64,000 nt of DNA from Pseudomonas aeruginosa PAO1 (GTDB lineage Bacteria > Pseudomonadota > Gammaproteobacteria > Pseudomonadales > Pseudomonadaceae). Made by a program: the position numbers and the translations under genes. Within the stretch, counting starts at the first letter, position 1. Each line of letters starts with the position of its first letter. Shown here one piece after another: positions 45,070 to 57,577 of the stretch. The notes under the pieces are model-generated. The model made no database searches, was not told where the DNA came from, and worked only from the letters and a program-made list of their open reading frames with translations. The stretch lies in assembly GCF_000006765.1 (NCBI RefSeq), contig NC_002516.2; one strand, 5' to 3'.

Positions 45070-46359
45070 TCAAGCCTGTGCCAGACAGGCTGCCAGGTGC
45101 TCGGGCAGAGCATCCCAGGCAATGCTTTGTTGCTCGCCCTCGTCACGCAGGGGCTTGAAACCTACCACGCGATTGGCCACCTCGTCCTCCCCGAGGATCA
45201 GGGCAAAGCGCGCGCCGCTCTTGTCGGCCTTCTTGAACTGGCTCTTGAAGCTACCGGCGCCGGCGTTGACCAGCAGGCGTATGCCGGGAATGGCGCTGCG
45301 CAACTGTTCGGCCAGGGTCAGGGCGGCCAGCTCGGCCGGTTCGCCGAAGGCGCAGACGTAGAGGTCGGCCGGACGGTTCAGTTCGGCGGGGATCACCCCC
45401 AAGGTTTCCAGCAGCAGCACCAGGCGTTCCACGCCCATGGCGAAACCGACACCCGGGGTCGGCTTGCCGCCGAACTGGCTGACCAGCCCGTCGTAGCGGC
45501 CACCGCCGCAAACGGTGCCCTGGGCGCCAAGCTTGTCGGTGACCCACTCGAAAGCCGTGCGGCAGTAATAGTCCAGGCCGCGCACCAGCTTCTGGTTGAT
45601 TTCGTAGCGAAGTCCGACAGCATCCAGGCGGGCCTTGAGACCCTCGAAGTGGGCGATCGATTCTTCGTCGAGATAGTCGTGCAGGGTCGGCGCGCCAACC
45701 AGCAACGCCTGGGTGCTCTCCACCTTGCTGTCGAGGATTCGCAGCGGATTGGTGGTCATGCGCCGCTGGCTGTCTTCGTCGAGTTGCTCGAAGCGCTCCT
45801 GCAGATAGGCCACCAGGGCCTCGCGATAGCGTGCGCGGGCCTCGCTGGAGCCGAGGGTGTTGAGCTGCAGGGTCACCGCGTCGGCCATGCCGAGCTTCTG
45901 CCACAGGCGCCAGGTGAGGATGATCAACTCGGCGTCGATGTCCGGACCGGGCAGGTTGAAGACTTCCACGCCGATCTGGTGGAACTGCCGGTAGCGACCT
46001 TTCTGCGGTTTCTCGTAACGGAACATCGGCCCGGTGTACCAGAGCTTCTGCACCTGGCCACCGCCGCTCAGGCCGTGCTCCAGCACGGCGCGCACGCAAC
46101 CGGCGGTACCTTCCGGACGCATGGTCAGGGATTCGCCGTTGCGGTCGAGGAAGGTGTACATCTCCTTGTCGACCACATCGGTGCCTTCGCCGATGCCGCG
46201 GGCGAAGAGTTCGGTGAACTCGAGGATGGGCAGGCGGATCTCGCTGTAGCCGTAACCGTCCAGCAGGCCGGCGAAGGTGCGTTCCAGATAGCGCCAGGCC
46301 GGAGTCTGTTCCGGCAGGATGTCGTTCATGCCACGAATGGCTTGCAGGGACTTGCTCAC
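45070..46359 (-). CDS. hisS: Histidine--tRNA ligase
   Basis: [21 protein letters not shown] and GGGRYDGL. Confidence 0.98.
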   Translation of the reverse strand: MSKSLQAIRGMNDILPEQTPAWRYLERTFAGLLDGYGYSEIRLPILEFTELFARGIGEGTDVVDKEMYTFLDRNGESLTMRPEGTAGCVRAVLEHGLSGGGQVQKLWYTGPMFRYEKPQKGRYRQFHQIGVEVFNLPGPDIDAELIILTWRLWQKLGMADAVTLQLNTLGSSEARARYREALVAYLQERFEQLDEDSQRRMTTNPLRILDSKVESTQALLVGAPTLHDYLDEESIAHFEGLKARLDAVGLRYEINQKLVRGLDYYCRTAFEWVTDKLGAQGTVCGGGRYDGLVSQFGGKPTPGVGFAMGVERLVLLLETLGVIPAELNRPADLYVCAFGEPAELAALTLAEQLRSAIPGIRLLVNAGAGSFKSQFKKADKSGARFALILGEDEVANRVVGFKPLRDEGEQQSIAWDALPEHLAACLAQA

Positions 46360-46377
46360 GTAGGGTCCTTAAACGGG

Positions 46378-47493
46378 TCAGCCGCGGGCGATCAGGCTCG
46401 CATCGGCCTCGGCCTTCTCGGCCGCCTTCTGGCGGATCAGCCGTTCCAGCTCGTCCACCAGGTTGTCGTTGGTCAGTTTCTGCGACGGCTTGCCGTCGAT
46501 ATACACCAGGTTCGGAGTGCCGCCGGTGAGGCCGACATGGGCCTCCTTGGCTTCGCCCGGACCGTTGACGACGCAACCGATCACGGCCACGTCCATCGGC
46601 ACCAGCAGGTCCTCCAGGCGCCCTTCCAGCTCGTTCATGGTCTTCACCACGTCGAAGTTCTGCCGCGAACAGCTCGGGCAGGCGATGAAGTTGATGCCAC
46701 GGGAGCGCAGGTGCAGGGACTTGAGGATGTCGAAACCGACCTTGATCTCCTCGACCGGATCGGCAGCCAGGGAAATCCGGATGGTGTCGCCGATTCCCTC
46801 GGCCAGGAGCATGCCCAGCCCCACCGCCGACTTCACCGTGCCGGAGCGCAGGCCGCCGGCCTCGGTGATGCCCAGGTGCAGGGGTTGCTCGATCTGCCTG
46901 GCCAGCAGGCGATAGGCGGCGACGGCCATGAAGACGTCGGAGGCCTTGACGCTGACCTTGAAGTTCTGGAAGTCCAGCTTGTCGAGATGATCGACGTGGC
47001 GCATGGCCGATTCGAGCAGGGCTTCCGGGGTCGGTTCGCCGTATTTCTTCTGCAGGTCCTTTTCCAGCGAACCGGCATTGACGCCGATACGGATCGGGAT
47101 GTTGCGCTCGCGCGCGGCATCGACCACGGCCTTGACCCGGTCCTCGCGACCGATGTTGCCCGGATTGATGCGCAGGCAGTCCACTCCCAGCTCGGCGACG
47201 CGCAGGGCGATGCGATAGTCGAAGTGGATGTCGGCGACCAGCGGCACGTTGACCTGCTGCTTGATCTTGCCGAATGCCTCGGCGGCGTCCATGTCGGGGA
47301 CGGAAACCCGCACGATGTCCGCGCCGGCATCTTCCAGGCGGCGGATCTGCGCGACGGTGGCAGCGACGTCGCAGGTCTCGGTGTTGGTCATGCTCTGCAC
47401 GGCGATCGGCGCATCGCCGCCCACCGGGACGTTGCCGACCCAGATTTTCCGAGACTTGCGGCGAATGATCGGAGAAGCGCTATGAATGCTCAT
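46378..47493 (-). CDS. ispG: HMBPP synthase (GcpE)
   Basis: [16 protein letters not shown] and CPSC. Confidence 0.97.
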   Translation of the reverse strand: MSIHSASPIIRRKSRKIWVGNVPVGGDAPIAVQSMTNTETCDVAATVAQIRRLEDAGADIVRVSVPDMDAAEAFGKIKQQVNVPLVADIHFDYRIALRVAELGVDCLRINPGNIGREDRVKAVVDAARERNIPIRIGVNAGSLEKDLQKKYGEPTPEALLESAMRHVDHLDKLDFQNFKVSVKASDVFMAVAAYRLLARQIEQPLHLGITEAGGLRSGTVKSAVGLGMLLAEGIGDTIRISLAADPVEEIKVGFDILKSLHLRSRGINFIACPSCSRQNFDVVKTMNELEGRLEDLLVPMDVAVIGCVVNGPGEAKEAHVGLTGGTPNLVYIDGKPSQKLTNDNLVDELERLIRQKAAEKAEADASLIARG

Positions 47494-48533
47494 TGTCCTA
47501 CCTTCAGACGGGCCGTTTCGCCGCGGACGAAGGGGGTCACGTCCACCGGCTGGCCGTTGTAGCTGACCTGGGCGCCGCGAGCGAAACCGAGGCGCAGCTC
47601 CAGCGGGGCCTTGCCGGCCAGTTCCAGGCTGTCGCCCTTGCGCTTCAGCGCGCTGACCAGGACCTTGCCGTTGGCGTCGGTGACCTGGGTCCAGCAATCG
47701 GCGACGAACTGTACCTTGACCACCCCCTGGCCCTCGCCGGCCACCACGGGCGCGGCGGCAGGTTCGCTCGGCGCTGGCGGGGCGGCCGGACTGGCCGTCG
47801 CTGGAACGGCTGGAGCAGTACCGGGAGCGGGAGCCGTGCCGGCAGGCGCGGCGGTAACGGGCTGCTGGGGTGCGGCGGGGGTGCCCTGGGCCGGAGCGGC
47901 GGGAACCTGCGCGCCCTCGCTCGCCACCGGCGGCGCTCCCTCGGCCTGGGCAGCGACTTCCGGAGAAACCTCGGCGGGCGCTTGCTCGCCTTCCTTCTGC
48001 GCTTCGATCACCGCCTGGTCTTCAGGCTCGTCCAGGGTATGGATCTCGGTGGTGCCGTCGGCGCTTTCCACTTCGACATGCTCAAGGCTCAGACCGGCGG
48101 TTTCCGGCGTGCGCGCGGAATGCTCCTGCCACCAGAAGTAGCCGAAGCCGATCAGCAGGGCGAGCAGCAACAGGCTGACGATACGCAGCACGTTGCGCGA
48201 CAGGCGCACCGGCTCGGCGACCCGTCCCAGGCTCTGTACGGTGCTGCCGCTGGCATTGGTGCCGGTGAAATGGTCGAAGCTGTTGACCAGCTCGGCCTGG
48301 TCGAGGCCCATGAGCTTGGCGTAGGCGCGGATGTAACCGCGCGAGAAGGTGTGTCCCGGCAGCTTGTCGAACGCGCCGTTTTCCAGCTGACGCAGCGAAT
48401 TCTCGGTCAGGTTCAGTTGCCCGGCCACCTGCGACAGCGACAGGCCCTTCTGCTCGCGCGCCTGGCGCAGGGTTTCCCCGGGGTTCTGACGGGAAGCGGT
48501 GGCTACGACTTCGGGCTGCGGCGCTTTCATCAT
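47490..48533 (-). CDS. rodZ: Cytoskeleton protein RodZ
   Basis: N-terminal HTH, TM segment, Ala/Pro-rich linker, C-terminal domain. Confidence 0.92.
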   Translation of the reverse strand: MMKAPQPEVVATASRQNPGETLRQAREQKGLSLSQVAGQLNLTENSLRQLENGAFDKLPGHTFSRGYIRAYAKLMGLDQAELVNSFDHFTGTNASGSTVQSLGRVAEPVRLSRNVLRIVSLLLLALLIGFGYFWWQEHSARTPETAGLSLEHVEVESADGTTEIHTLDEPEDQAVIEAQKEGEQAPAEVSPEVAAQAEGAPPVASEGAQVPAAPAQGTPAAPQQPVTAAPAGTAPAPGTAPAVPATASPAAPPAPSEPAAAPVVAGEGQGVVKVQFVADCWTQVTDANGKVLVSALKRKGDSLELAGKAPLELRLGFARGAQVSYNGQPVDVTPFVRGETARLKVGQ

Positions 48534-49288
48534 TTTTCCGCCTGGAATTCCTGATATTCGAGAGAGCCTGGGTACAGGCGTTTCAACTGCAGGCCATAGC
48601 TGGCGGCCGTGTCGCGGTCTTCGAAGACCTTCGCGAGACGAATGCCCAGCAACAGACTGCGGGCGTTCTGCCCGCCGCCCTGGGCAAAGAGATCATAGTA
48701 CTGGCGAGCCGGCACGTACTCGCGCTCCTTGTAGAGCAGGTCGGCCATCTCCAGCGCGACGCTGGGCTGGTTACGGTTCAGACGCAGGGATTTCTCGAAG
48801 TACTCCTTGGCCTGGGCCGGTTTCTTCATTTGCAGCGAAACCAGGCCGAGGTTCTCGAAGACCCGCGAGCGCTCGGGATAGAGGGTGTCCTGGCTGGCCT
48901 CCAGGAGACGCTGGTAGGCCTCCTCGTAGCGCTTCTGCTCGTAGAGGAAACCGCCGTAGTTGTTCAGTACCCGGGCATTGCGGCTATCGCTGGCGAGCGC
49001 CTTGCGGTACTCCTCGTCGGCCAGCTTGGGCTCCATCTCGGTCTGGAATACCACCGCCAGCGCGGCGTGCGCGTCGGCGCTGGAAGGGTCGATCTCGAGG
49101 GCCTTGCGCAGCGGCACCTTGGCCTGCTCGGTGTTCCCCCGCTGGAGATAGCCGAGGCCAAGCTGGATATAGGCGTCGCGCGCCTCGTCACGGCCCTTGT
49201 CGGTTTTCAGGGGATTCTGATCTCCGCTCGTCACGCAGCCTGTCAGCCCAACTGCCAACAGGAACACCAGCGCGGCGCGTACAGTCAT
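48530..49288 (-). CDS. pilF: Type IV pilus pilotin PilF (PilW family)
   Basis: Lipobox (LTGC) and TPR repeats (NNYGGFL). Confidence 0.93.
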   Translation of the reverse strand: MTVRAALVFLLAVGLTGCVTSGDQNPLKTDKGRDEARDAYIQLGLGYLQRGNTEQAKVPLRKALEIDPSSADAHAALAVVFQTEMEPKLADEEYRKALASDSRNARVLNNYGGFLYEQKRYEEAYQRLLEASQDTLYPERSRVFENLGLVSLQMKKPAQAKEYFEKSLRLNRNQPSVALEMADLLYKEREYVPARQYYDLFAQGGGQNARSLLLGIRLAKVFEDRDTAASYGLQLKRLYPGSLEYQEFQAEK

Positions 49289-49305
49289 CGGAACCCTCCT
49301 CTCAC

Positions 49306-50445
49306 TCAATTTCGATTCGCCGCCGACTCGGACTCGGCCAGTTGGCGCACGGCAATATAACGTTCGCTCCGGCGGGTACGATCCATGACCTGACCAACCA
49401 GTTGGCCACAGGCCGCGTCGATGTCGTCGCCGCGGGTGGTACGCACGGTCACGTTGAAGCCGCCCTTGTGCAACATGTCCTGGAAACGCCGGATGGCATT
49501 GTTGCTCGGGCGCTCGTAGCCGGAGTGCGGGAATGGATTAAACGGAATCAGGTTGATCTTGCAAGGCGTGTCTTTCAGCAATGCGATCATCTGCTCAGCA
49601 TGCTCGGGCTGATCGTTGACATCCTTGAGCAGGGTGTATTCGACGGTCAGCACGCGCTTCTCGCCGAGCCGGGAAATATACCGGCGGCAGGCATCCAGCA
49701 GCATGCCCAGCGGATACTTCTTGTTGATCGGCACCAGCTTGTTGCGCAACTCGTCGTTCGGTGCGTGCAGCGACAGGGCCAGGGACACGTCGATCACCTC
49801 GCCGAGCTTGTCGATCATCGGCACCACGCCGGAGGTGGACAGGGTCACCTTGCGCTTGGAAATACCGTAGCCGAGGTCGTCCATCATGATGTTCATGGCG
49901 GCGACCACGTTGTCGAAGTTCAGCAGCGGCTCGCCCATGCCCATCATCACGACATTGGTGATGGCGCGGTCGATCTTGGCCGGAACGGTACCGAACGACT
50001 TGTTGGCGATCCACACCTGGCCGATCACCTCGGCGGCGGTGAGGTCGCTGTTGAAACCCTGCTTGCCGGTGGAGCAGAAACTGCAATCCAGGGCGCAGCC
50101 CGCCTGGGAGGACACGCACAGGGTGCCGCGTCCGCCCTGGGGGATGTACACGGTCTCGACGCAACTGCCGGACGCCACCCGGACCACCCACTTGCGGGTG
50201 CCGTCGGCGGAAATATCCTGGCTGACGATCTCGGGACCGCGTATCTCGGCTGAGGCCTTGAGCTTTTCGCGCAAGGCCTTGCCGACGTTGGTCATGGCGT
50301 CGAAATCGTCGACGCCAAAGTGGTGAATCCACTTCATGACCTGGCCGGCCCGGAAACGCTTCTCGCCGATGGACTCGAAGAACTGTTCCAGCTGCGGCTG
50401 GGTCAGGCCCAGCAGGTTCACCTTGCCGGCGGTGGTCGTTGTCAT
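49306..50445 (-). CDS. rlmN: 23S rRNA/tRNA m2A methyltransferase
   Basis: [21 protein letters not shown] and AACGQL. Confidence 0.97.
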
Positions 50446-50469
50446 GGTTTCACCCTCACCCACGCTCGA

Positions 50470-50901
50470 TCAGCGAATGCGCTCGCAGACTTCGGTAGCC
50501 GCGAAGAAGTAGGCGATCTCGCGAGCGGCGGAAGCTTCGGAATCGGAACCGTGGACGGCGTTCTCGTCGATGGAGACGGCGAAGTCGGCGCGGATGGTAC
50601 CGGCGTCGGCTTTCTTCGGATCGGTGGCGCCCATCAGCTCGCGGTTCTTGGCGATGGCGTCCTCGCCTTCCAGAACCTGGACTACAACCGGACCGGAAGT
50701 CATGAAGGAAACCAGGTCCTTGAAGAACGGACGCTCTTTGTGCTCGGCATAGAAGCCACCGGCTTCACGCTCGGACAGCTGAACCATTTTAGCGGCGACG
50801 ACGCGCAGGCCGGCTTTCTCGAAGCGGGTCAGGATTTCGCCGATCACGTTCTTGGAAACGGCGTCCGGCTTGATGATGGACAGGGTGCGTTGCAGTGCCA
50901 T
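50470..50901 (-). CDS. ndk: Nucleoside diphosphate kinase
   Basis: [10 protein letters not shown] and NAVHGSDS. Confidence 0.98.
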
Positions 50902-51144
50902 TGGTAAAACTCCGAAACAAGGTTGTCTAGCATGGGCGGCCCCGCCAGCGGGGCGGGACGCCGTGATTCGTTCAGGACGCTGACGAAAACGGCCCGAAAG
51001 GGCCGGAATCAGCGTGGCTGCGCCTGGCATCGGGCCCGGCGCGCCTAGCCTGGAATGCGCCCGCGGGCGATTTCAGGCCTTACCTAAAATAAAACCCGCG
51101 AATTATACGCGGGTTCCCGGCAAATGCGTAGGGCGGGCCTATGG

Positions 51145-51345
51145 CTAGTCCCGTTCCTCGATCCAGGCGGCCTGGATGGCCTCCAGGACTTTCTCCCCGC
51201 TACGCTGAGGATCGTCGGAGAACTCTGGAAGTTCCACCACCCAGCGCCGCAGATCGACGAAGTTGACGTATCGCGGATCGACCTCCGGCTTGCTTTCGTC
51301 GAGCTGGATGGCGATTTCCAGCACATCGGTCCATTTCAGGCTCAT
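51145..51345 (-). CDS. iscX: Fe-S assembly protein IscX
   Basis: LKWTD..EIA and KVLEAIQAAW. Confidence 0.93.
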   Translation of the reverse strand: MSLKWTDVLEIAIQLDESKPEVDPRYVNFVDLRRWVVELPEFSDDPQRSGEKVLEAIQAAWIEERD

Positions 51346-51371
51346 TGCACGCTCCTCTACTACCGCCGGGC

Positions 51372-51710
51372 TCAGTGGCCTTCCGACACCTGGTTGATGG
51401 TGTACTTGGGAATCTCGACCACCAGGTCTTCGTCGGCCACCACTGCCTGGCAGGATAGCCGCGAATCGGGCTCCAGGCCCCAGGCCTTGTCCAGCATGTC
51501 GTCTTCGAGTTCGTCGGACGGCTCCATGGAGTCGAGGCCTTCGCGGACGATTACGTGGCAGGTCGTGCAGGCGCAGGATTTCTCACAGGCATGCTCGATC
51601 TCGATGCCATTGCGCAACGCGGCATCCAGGATGGTTTCGCCGGGCTTCGCCTCGAATACCGCCCCCTCGGGGCAGTGATCGGCATGGGGCAGAATCACGA
51701 TCTGCGGCAT
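51372..51710 (-). CDS. fdx: ISC 2Fe-2S ferredoxin
   Basis: HACEKSCACTTCH and RLSCQ. Confidence 0.96.
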   Translation of the reverse strand: MPQIVILPHADHCPEGAVFEAKPGETILDAALRNGIEIEHACEKSCACTTCHVIVREGLDSMEPSDELEDDMLDKAWGLEPDSRLSCQAVVADEDLVVEIPKYTINQVSEGH

Positions 51711-51716
51711 CTTCGC

Positions 51717-53576
51717 TTATTCCTCGATTTCGTTGAGCCGGCGGCCGGAGAGCGCGGCCTTGACGGTCGCGTCCATCCGCCGTGCGGCGAAAGCGTCGGT
51801 CACCTGGGACAGGCGCTTGATCTGGTTCTCGATGGCCGCGGTGTCGCTACCACCGGCCAGTTCACGCAAAGTGTCCATCTGCGCCGCGATGGCCAGGCGC
51901 TCCTCTTCGTCCAGGAGCCGCTCGCCGTCGACGTCCAGCGCCGACTGCACGGCCTCCAGCAGCCGCTGCGCCTCGACCTGCTGTTCGCGCAGGGCGCGGG
52001 CAGCCTTGTCGTCGCCGGCGTAGTCGAAGGAGTCCTTGAGCATCCGCGCGATCTCGCCGTCGGTCAGCCCATAGGACGGCTTGACCTGGATGCTGGCCTC
52101 GACGCCGGAACTCAGTTCGCGTGCGGACACGCCGAGCAAGCCGTCGGCGTCGACCTGGAAGGTCACCCGGATTTTCGCCGCGCCCGCCACCATCGGCGGA
52201 ATGCCGCGCAGCTCGAAGCGCGCCAGCGAACGACAATCCTTCACCAGCTCGCGCTCGCCCTGCAGCACGTGGATCATCATGGCCGTCTGGCCGTCCTTGT
52301 AGGTGGTGAACTCCTGGGCGCGCGCCACCGGGATGGTGGTATTGCGCGGAATCACCTTCTCCATCAGCCCGCCCATGGTTTCCAGGCCGAGCGACAGCGG
52401 AATGACGTCCAGCAGCAGCAATTCCTCGCCGCGCTTGTTGCCGGCCAGGGCATCGGCCTGGATGGCCGCGCCGATGGCGACCACCTGGTCCGGATCGATA
52501 TCGGTCAGCGGCTCGCAGCCGAACAACTCGCCAACCGCCGTGCGCACACGGGGCACGCGGGTCGAGCCGCCGACCATCACCACCGAGCGGATTTCTTCCA
52601 GATCGACACCGGAGTCGCGCACCGCTCGGCGGCAGGACTTCAGGCTGCGAGCGACGAACGGCTCGATCAACTCGTCGAGCGTCGCCCGGCTCAGCTCGCC
52701 GCTCCAGTCGCCATAGGCGACCCGGACCGACGCCTCGTCGGTAAGACGCTCCTTGGCCGCACAGGCGATTTGCAGCAACTGCCGCTGGCTGCCCGGGTCC
52801 AGATCGGCAGAAAGGCCAGCCTGCTCGATCACCCAGCCAGCGATGGCATGGTCGAAGTCGTCGCCACCCAGGGCCGTATCGCCGCCGGTGGCCAGGACTT
52901 CGAAGACACCGCGGGTCAGGCGCAGGATGGAAATGTCGAAGGTTCCGCCACCCAGGTCATAGATGGCCACCAGGCCTTCCGCGCCCTTGTCCAGGCCGTA
53001 GGCCACGGCGGCGGCGGTCGGCTCGTTGAGCAGGCGCAGGACGTTCAGTCCGGCCAGGCGCGCGGCATCCTTGGTAGCCTGGCGCTGGGCGTCGTCGAAA
53101 TAGGCCGGCACAGTGATCACCGCACCCACCAGCTCGCCACCGAGGGTGGTTTCGGCGCGCTGGCGCAGCTCACGCAGGATGTCCGCCGAGACTTCCACAG
53201 GACTCTTCAACCCCTGTACGGTCTCGATGAAGGGCATGTGCGACTCGCCCTGGCGGAAGCGGTAGGGCAATTGCTCGCCCAGTTGCTTGACGTCCTCCAG
53301 GCCGCGCCCCATCAGGCGCTTGACCGAAATGACGGTATTGAAGGGATCCTCCGCGGCGGCCGCGCGGGCGCTCTCGCCCACTTCCGCCCGCTCGGCGTGA
53401 TAACGCACCGCGGAAGGCAGGATCAGGCGTCCCTGCGCATCCGGCAAGGGCTCGGCGACGCCGCTACGCACCGCGGCGACCAGCGAATTGGTGGTACCCA
53501 GGTCGATCCCAACCGCCAGGCGACGCTCATGGGGCTTGGGACTCTGACCGGGCTCGGCGATCTGCAGTAGGGCCAT
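51717..53576 (-). CDS. hscA: Fe-S chaperone HscA
   Basis: GIDLGTTNS Hsp70 signature. Confidence 0.97.
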   Translation of the reverse strand: MALLQIAEPGQSPKPHERRLAVGIDLGTTNSLVAAVRSGVAEPLPDAQGRLILPSAVRYHAERAEVGESARAAAAEDPFNTVISVKRLMGRGLEDVKQLGEQLPYRFRQGESHMPFIETVQGLKSPVEVSADILRELRQRAETTLGGELVGAVITVPAYFDDAQRQATKDAARLAGLNVLRLLNEPTAAAVAYGLDKGAEGLVAIYDLGGGTFDISILRLTRGVFEVLATGGDTALGGDDFDHAIAGWVIEQAGLSADLDPGSQRQLLQIACAAKERLTDEASVRVAYGDWSGELSRATLDELIEPFVARSLKSCRRAVRDSGVDLEEIRSVVMVGGSTRVPRVRTAVGELFGCEPLTDIDPDQVVAIGAAIQADALAGNKRGEELLLLDVIPLSLGLETMGGLMEKVIPRNTTIPVARAQEFTTYKDGQTAMMIHVLQGERELVKDCRSLARFELRGIPPMVAGAAKIRVTFQVDADGLLGVSARELSSGVEASIQVKPSYGLTDGEIARMLKDSFDYAGDDKAARALREQQVEAQRLLEAVQSALDVDGERLLDEEERLAIAAQMDTLRELAGGSDTAAIENQIKRLSQVTDAFAARRMDATVKAALSGRRLNEIEE

Positions 53577-53618
53577 GCTCTGTCTTAACTATGGGGTGCG
53601 GCCCGGGGGCCGCAGGGA

Positions 53619-54140
53619 TTAATCGTCGAGTCGCTCTTCCAGCTGGCGCACTTCCTGCGCCAGCTTGTCGAGGAACTGCATGCGACGGACCAGGCGTTCG
53701 GCCTCTTCGCGGCGCTGCGCATCGTCCCAGCACGCGGCGAACTCACGCTCCAGCTCGGCCTGGGCGGCCTTGAGCCGACGCTTGAAGGTCGCCACGCCGG
53801 CCAGGTCCGCGCTGTCCTGCAACTCCTCCAGTTCCTCGCGCAGCTGCATCTGCTGCAGGAGAAACTCCGGATCCTGCACCGTAGCCTCCAAGGGCAACTC
53901 GTGACCACTCAGGGTCAACAGGTACAGGGCCCGGCGCGGAGCGCTCTTCAGGGTCTGGTAGGCCTCGTTCAGTTGCGCCGCGCGTTCCAGGGCGAGACGC
54001 TGCTCGCGCTCGGGAGCGTCGGCGAAACGGTCAGGATGGACGCTGCGCACCAACTCGCGATAGCGCTGGCCGAGCTCGTCGAGATCGACCAGGAAAGCCG
54101 GTTGCAGGTCGAACTGGGCGAAATGACAGGGTTTACCCAC
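53619..54140 (-). CDS. hscB: Co-chaperone HscB
   Basis: J-domain HPD; GTG start at 54140. Confidence 0.94.
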
Positions 54141-54147
54141 GCCGGCC

Positions 54148-54471
54148 TCAGACGTTGAAGCTTTCGCCGCAGCCGCATTCGCCACGAACGTTGGGATTGT
54201 TGAACTTGAAGCCTTCGTTGAGCCCTTCGCGAGTGAAGTCCAGCTCGGTGCCATCGAGATAGACCAGGCTTTTCGGGTCGATGATGACCTTCACGCCATG
54301 GCTCTCGAAGACCAAGTCCTCGGCCGCCAGTTCATCGACGAATTCGAGGACATAGGCAAGCCCGGAACAGCCAGTGGTGCGCACGCCAAGACGGATACCC
54401 TCGCCCTTGCCGCGCCCCTCGAGGGAGCGCTGCACGTGTTTGGCGGCGGCTTCGGTCATGCTGATGGCCAT
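54148..54471 (-). CDS. iscA: Fe-S assembly protein IscA
   Basis: GCSG and CGCGESF. Confidence 0.97.
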   Translation of the reverse strand: MAISMTEAAAKHVQRSLEGRGKGEGIRLGVRTTGCSGLAYVLEFVDELAAEDLVFESHGVKVIIDPKSLVYLDGTELDFTREGLNEGFKFNNPNVRGECGCGESFNV

Positions 54472-54498
54472 TGCAACTCCTTACTCGTCACGAGCGGC

Positions 54499-54885
54499 TT
54501 AGAGCAAACCCTTCTTCTGCTTGTAGTCGCGAACGGCGGCCTTGATGGCGTCTTCGGCGAGAACGGAGCAGTGGATCTTCACCGGCGGCAGGGCCAGCTC
54601 TTCGGCGATGGTGGTGTTCTTGATGGTTTCCGCCTCGTCCAGGGTCTTGCCCTTCATCCACTCGGTGGCGAGGGAGCTGGAGGCGATCGCGGAACCGCAA
54701 CCGTAGGTCTTGAACTTGGCGTCTTCGATCACGCCCTGCTCGTTGACCTTGATCTGCAGGCGCATCACGTCGCCGCAGGCCGGCGCGCCGACCATGCCGG
54801 TGCCGACGTTGGGATCGGCAGCGTCGAGCTTGCCGACGTTGCGCGGGTTTTCGTAGTGGTCGATGACCTTTTCGCTATATGCCAT
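54499..54885 (-). CDS. iscU: Fe-S scaffold IscU
   Basis: APACGD and LPPVKIHC. Confidence 0.98.
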   Translation of the reverse strand: MAYSEKVIDHYENPRNVGKLDAADPNVGTGMVGAPACGDVMRLQIKVNEQGVIEDAKFKTYGCGSAIASSSLATEWMKGKTLDEAETIKNTTIAEELALPPVKIHCSVLAEDAIKAAVRDYKQKKGLL

Positions 54886-54920
54886 GGCTAATCCTCACGT
54901 TTTTCCGGGGCACGAGGCGC

Positions 54921-56135
54921 TCAGTGCGCCTGCCATTCGACCTGGGACAGGTCGACGCCCTCTTTGTACATATCCCACAGCGGCGACAGTTCGCGCAGCT
55001 TGGAAACGGCCTCGACCACCTTCTTCGCGGCATAGTCGATCTCTTCCTCGGTGGTGAAGCGACCGAAGGTGAAGCGGATGGAGCTATGCGCCAGTTCGTC
55101 GTTGCGGCCCAGGGCGCGCAATACGTAGGACGGTTCCAGGGACGCCGAGGTACAGGCCGAGCCGGAGGAGACCGCGAGGTCCTTGAGCGCCATGATCAGC
55201 GACTCGCCCTCGACGTAGTTGAAGCTGACGTTGAGGTTGTGCGGGACGCGGGAGGTCATGCTGCCGTTGATGTAGAGCTCTTCCAGGCCGTCGATCTGCG
55301 CGAAGAAGCGGTCGCGGAGCGCCAGCACGCGGGCGTTCTCCTGGGCCATTTCTTCCTTGGCGATGCGGAACGCCTCGCCCATGCCGACGATCTGGTGGGT
55401 GGCTAGGGTGCCGGAACGCATGCCGCGCTCATGGCCGCCACCGTGCATCTGACCCTCGATGCGGACGCGCGGCTTGCGCCGGACGTAGAGCGCGCCAATG
55501 CCTTTCGGGCCGTAGGTCTTGTGCGCGGAGAAGGACATCAGGTCGACCTTGAGCTTGTCCAGGTCGATCTCGACCTTGCCGGTCGACTGTGCGGCGTCGA
55601 CGTGGAACAGCACGCCGCGGGAGCGGGTCAGCTCGCCGATGGCGGCGATGTCGTTGACGGTGCCGATCTCGTTGTTCACGTGCATGACCGAGACCAGGAT
55701 GGTGTCGTCACGCAGCGCCGCCTCGACCAGAGCCGGAGTGATCAGGCCATCTTCTCCCGGCTCCAGGTAGGTCACTTCGAAACCTTCGCGCTCCAGCTGG
55801 CGGCAGGTGTCGAGGACCGCCTTGTGCTCGATCTTCGAGGTGATGATGTGCTTGCCCTTGCCCGAGTAGAAGTGCGCGACGCCCTTGATCGCCAGGTTGT
55901 CGGACTCGGTGGCGCCGGAGGTCCAGACGATCTCGCGGGGATCGGCGTTGACCAGCTCGGCCACCTGGCGACGGGCGTTCTCCACGGCTTCTTCGGCTTT
56001 CCAGCCGAACACGTGGGAACGCGAAGCCGGGTTGCCGAAGTTGCCGTCCATCAGCAGGCATTCGCTCATTTTCTGGGCGACGCGGGGATCGACGGGAGTG
56101 GTCGCGGAGTAATCGAGGTAGATCGGCAATTTCAT
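54921..56135 (-). CDS. iscS: Cysteine desulfurase IscS
   Basis: [13 protein letters not shown] and SSGSAC. Confidence 0.98.
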   Translation of the reverse strand: MKLPIYLDYSATTPVDPRVAQKMSECLLMDGNFGNPASRSHVFGWKAEEAVENARRQVAELVNADPREIVWTSGATESDNLAIKGVAHFYSGKGKHIITSKIEHKAVLDTCRQLEREGFEVTYLEPGEDGLITPALVEAALRDDTILVSVMHVNNEIGTVNDIAAIGELTRSRGVLFHVDAAQSTGKVEIDLDKLKVDLMSFSAHKTYGPKGIGALYVRRKPRVRIEGQMHGGGHERGMRSGTLATHQIVGMGEAFRIAKEEMAQENARVLALRDRFFAQIDGLEELYINGSMTSRVPHNLNVSFNYVEGESLIMALKDLAVSSGSACTSASLEPSYVLRALGRNDELAHSSIRFTFGRFTTEEEIDYAAKKVVEAVSKLRELSPLWDMYKEGVDLSQVEWQAH

Positions 56136-56164
56136 CAGGTAACTCCTACAGGCTGGCGCCCTGC

Positions 56165-56656
56165 TCAGTCGATGGCGGACGCTTCAATCTTGTCGAGACG
56201 AGGCGTCTTGCCTGAGCAACGGCGTTCGTCCTGGCGCAGCGCGACCTCCTGGACCTCCTGGCGGCTGACCAGATCGGCCAGGCTGATGCCGCTGAGGAAC
56301 TCATGAATCTGCAAACTGAGGTCGCACCACAGGTGGTGGGTCAGACAGGTATCGCCGGAGTGGCAATCGCCCTGCCCCTGGCAGCGGGTCGCGTCGACGG
56401 ATTCGTTGACCGCGTCGATCACCTGCGCCACATGGATGCCCGACATATGGCGGGACAGCTGGTAGCCGCCGCCCGGGCCGCGCACGCTGGTCACCAGGTT
56501 GCCACGGCGCAACTTGGCGAACAGCTGTTCGAGATAGGACAGGGAAATGCCTTGGCGTTCGGAGATATCGGCCAGCGAGACCGGACCTTGCTGAGCATGC
56601 AGCGCCAGGTCGAGCATGGCGGTTACGGCGTAGCGGCCTTTGGTGGTCAGACGCAT
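56165..56656 (-). CDS. iscR: Fe-S cluster regulator IscR
   Basis: [18 protein letters not shown], and three Cys. Confidence 0.98.
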   Translation of the reverse strand: MRLTTKGRYAVTAMLDLALHAQQGPVSLADISERQGISLSYLEQLFAKLRRGNLVTSVRGPGGGYQLSRHMSGIHVAQVIDAVNESVDATRCQGQGDCHSGDTCLTHHLWCDLSLQIHEFLSGISLADLVSRQEVQEVALRQDERRCSGKTPRLDKIEASAID

Positions 56657-56693
56657 GGGCTTTTCCCATCGGGATCATTCGGGGTTGACGCGG

Positions 56694-56723
56694 ATTATGC
56701 TCTTATCCGAGTAATTAGGTCAA
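56694..56723 (-). promoter_or_regulatory. sigma70 promoter of the isc operon
   Basis: Minus strand TTGACC-18 nt-CATAAT. Confidence 0.7.
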
Positions 56724-56751
56724 CTATAAGACCGATCAAATTACTCAGGAT
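56703..56751 (-). promoter_or_regulatory. Two tandem type-1 IscR binding sites
   Basis: ATAGTTGACCTAATTACTCGGATAA (56727-56703) and ATCCTGAGTAATTTGATCGGTCTTA (56751-56727) resemble E. coli iscR promoter sites and overlap the -35. Confidence 0.75.
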
Positions 56752-56800
56752 TAGGCAAATTCAGGGCGCTACATGCTAGCAGAAAGCCGCCGGCCGCGCA

Positions 56801-57577
56801 TTACGCGGCCGGATTGCCGTCCTCATCCTTGACTCCGGCGAAATCTTCCTCGCGCAATACCGGCAGGTCCTTCGCGCAGTAGTCGCTACCCAGGGCGGTG
56901 AGCGCCTGGCACATGCCCTCGAGCCGGCCGTCGACGGCCTGCAGGTGATCGAGCAACTGACCAATGGCACGCGCCACCGGGTCCGGCATGTCCTGGCTGA
57001 CCCCATAGGCATCGAAGCCGAGCTTCTCCGCCATCGCCTGGCGCTTGGCCTGCTGCTCGGAGTCCTCGCGCATGATGATCCGCCCGGGAATGCCGACCAC
57101 GGTGGCACCCGGCGGGACTTCCTTGGTCACCACGGCGTTGGAGCCGACCTTGGCGCCCTCGCCGACGGTGAACGGGCCGAGCACCTTGGCACCGGCACCG
57201 ACCACTACGTTGTTGCCGAGGGTGGGGTGGCGCTTGCCCTTGTTCCAGGTGGTGCCGCCCAGGGTAACACCCTGATAGAGGGTGACGTCGTCGCCGATCT
57301 CGGCGGTTTCGCCGATGACGATGCCCATGCCGTGGTCGATGAAGAAGCGCCGGCCGATCCTGGCCCCCGGGTGGATCTCGATGCCGGTCATCCAGCGGCC
57401 GAAATTGGACACCAGGCGCGCCAGCCACTTCCAGCCGGACGTCCACAAGCCGTGGGCCAGCCGATGCAGCCAGACGGCGTGCAGGCCCGGATAACAGGTG
57501 AGGACCTCGAGTGCGTTGCGAGCCGCCGGATCACGGTGGAATACGCTTTGGATATCTTCACGCACACGTTCGAACAT
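56801..57577 (-). CDS. cysE: Serine O-acetyltransferase
   Basis: IEIHPGA, FFIDHG and KRHPTLG hexapeptide repeats. Confidence 0.96.
   Translation of the reverse strand: MFERVREDIQSVFHRDPAARNALEVLTCYPGLHAVWLHRLAHGLWTSGWKWLARLVSNFGRWMTGIEIHPGARIGRRFFIDHGMGIVIGETAEIGDDVTLYQGVTLGGTTWNKGKRHPTLGNNVVVGAGAKVLGPFTVGEGAKVGSNAVVTKEVPPGATVVGIPGRIIMREDSEQQAKRQAMAEKLGFDAYGVSQDMPDPVARAIGQLLDHLQAVDGRLEGMCQALTALGSDYCAKDLPVLREEDFAGVKDEDGNPAA

Noticed and set aside
47750-47960. Repetitive Ala/Pro-rich DNA in rodZ; Gly-rich repeats at 39030-39230
   Set aside because: Low-complexity protein linkers, not tandem DNA repeats or CRISPR.
50965-51010. Hammerhead-ribozyme-like string CTGACGA...CGGCCC-GAAA-GGGCCG-GAA
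   Set aside because: Extra A residues before stem II, GAAT instead of the required GAAA, and no credible stem I; the catalytic core cannot be assembled.
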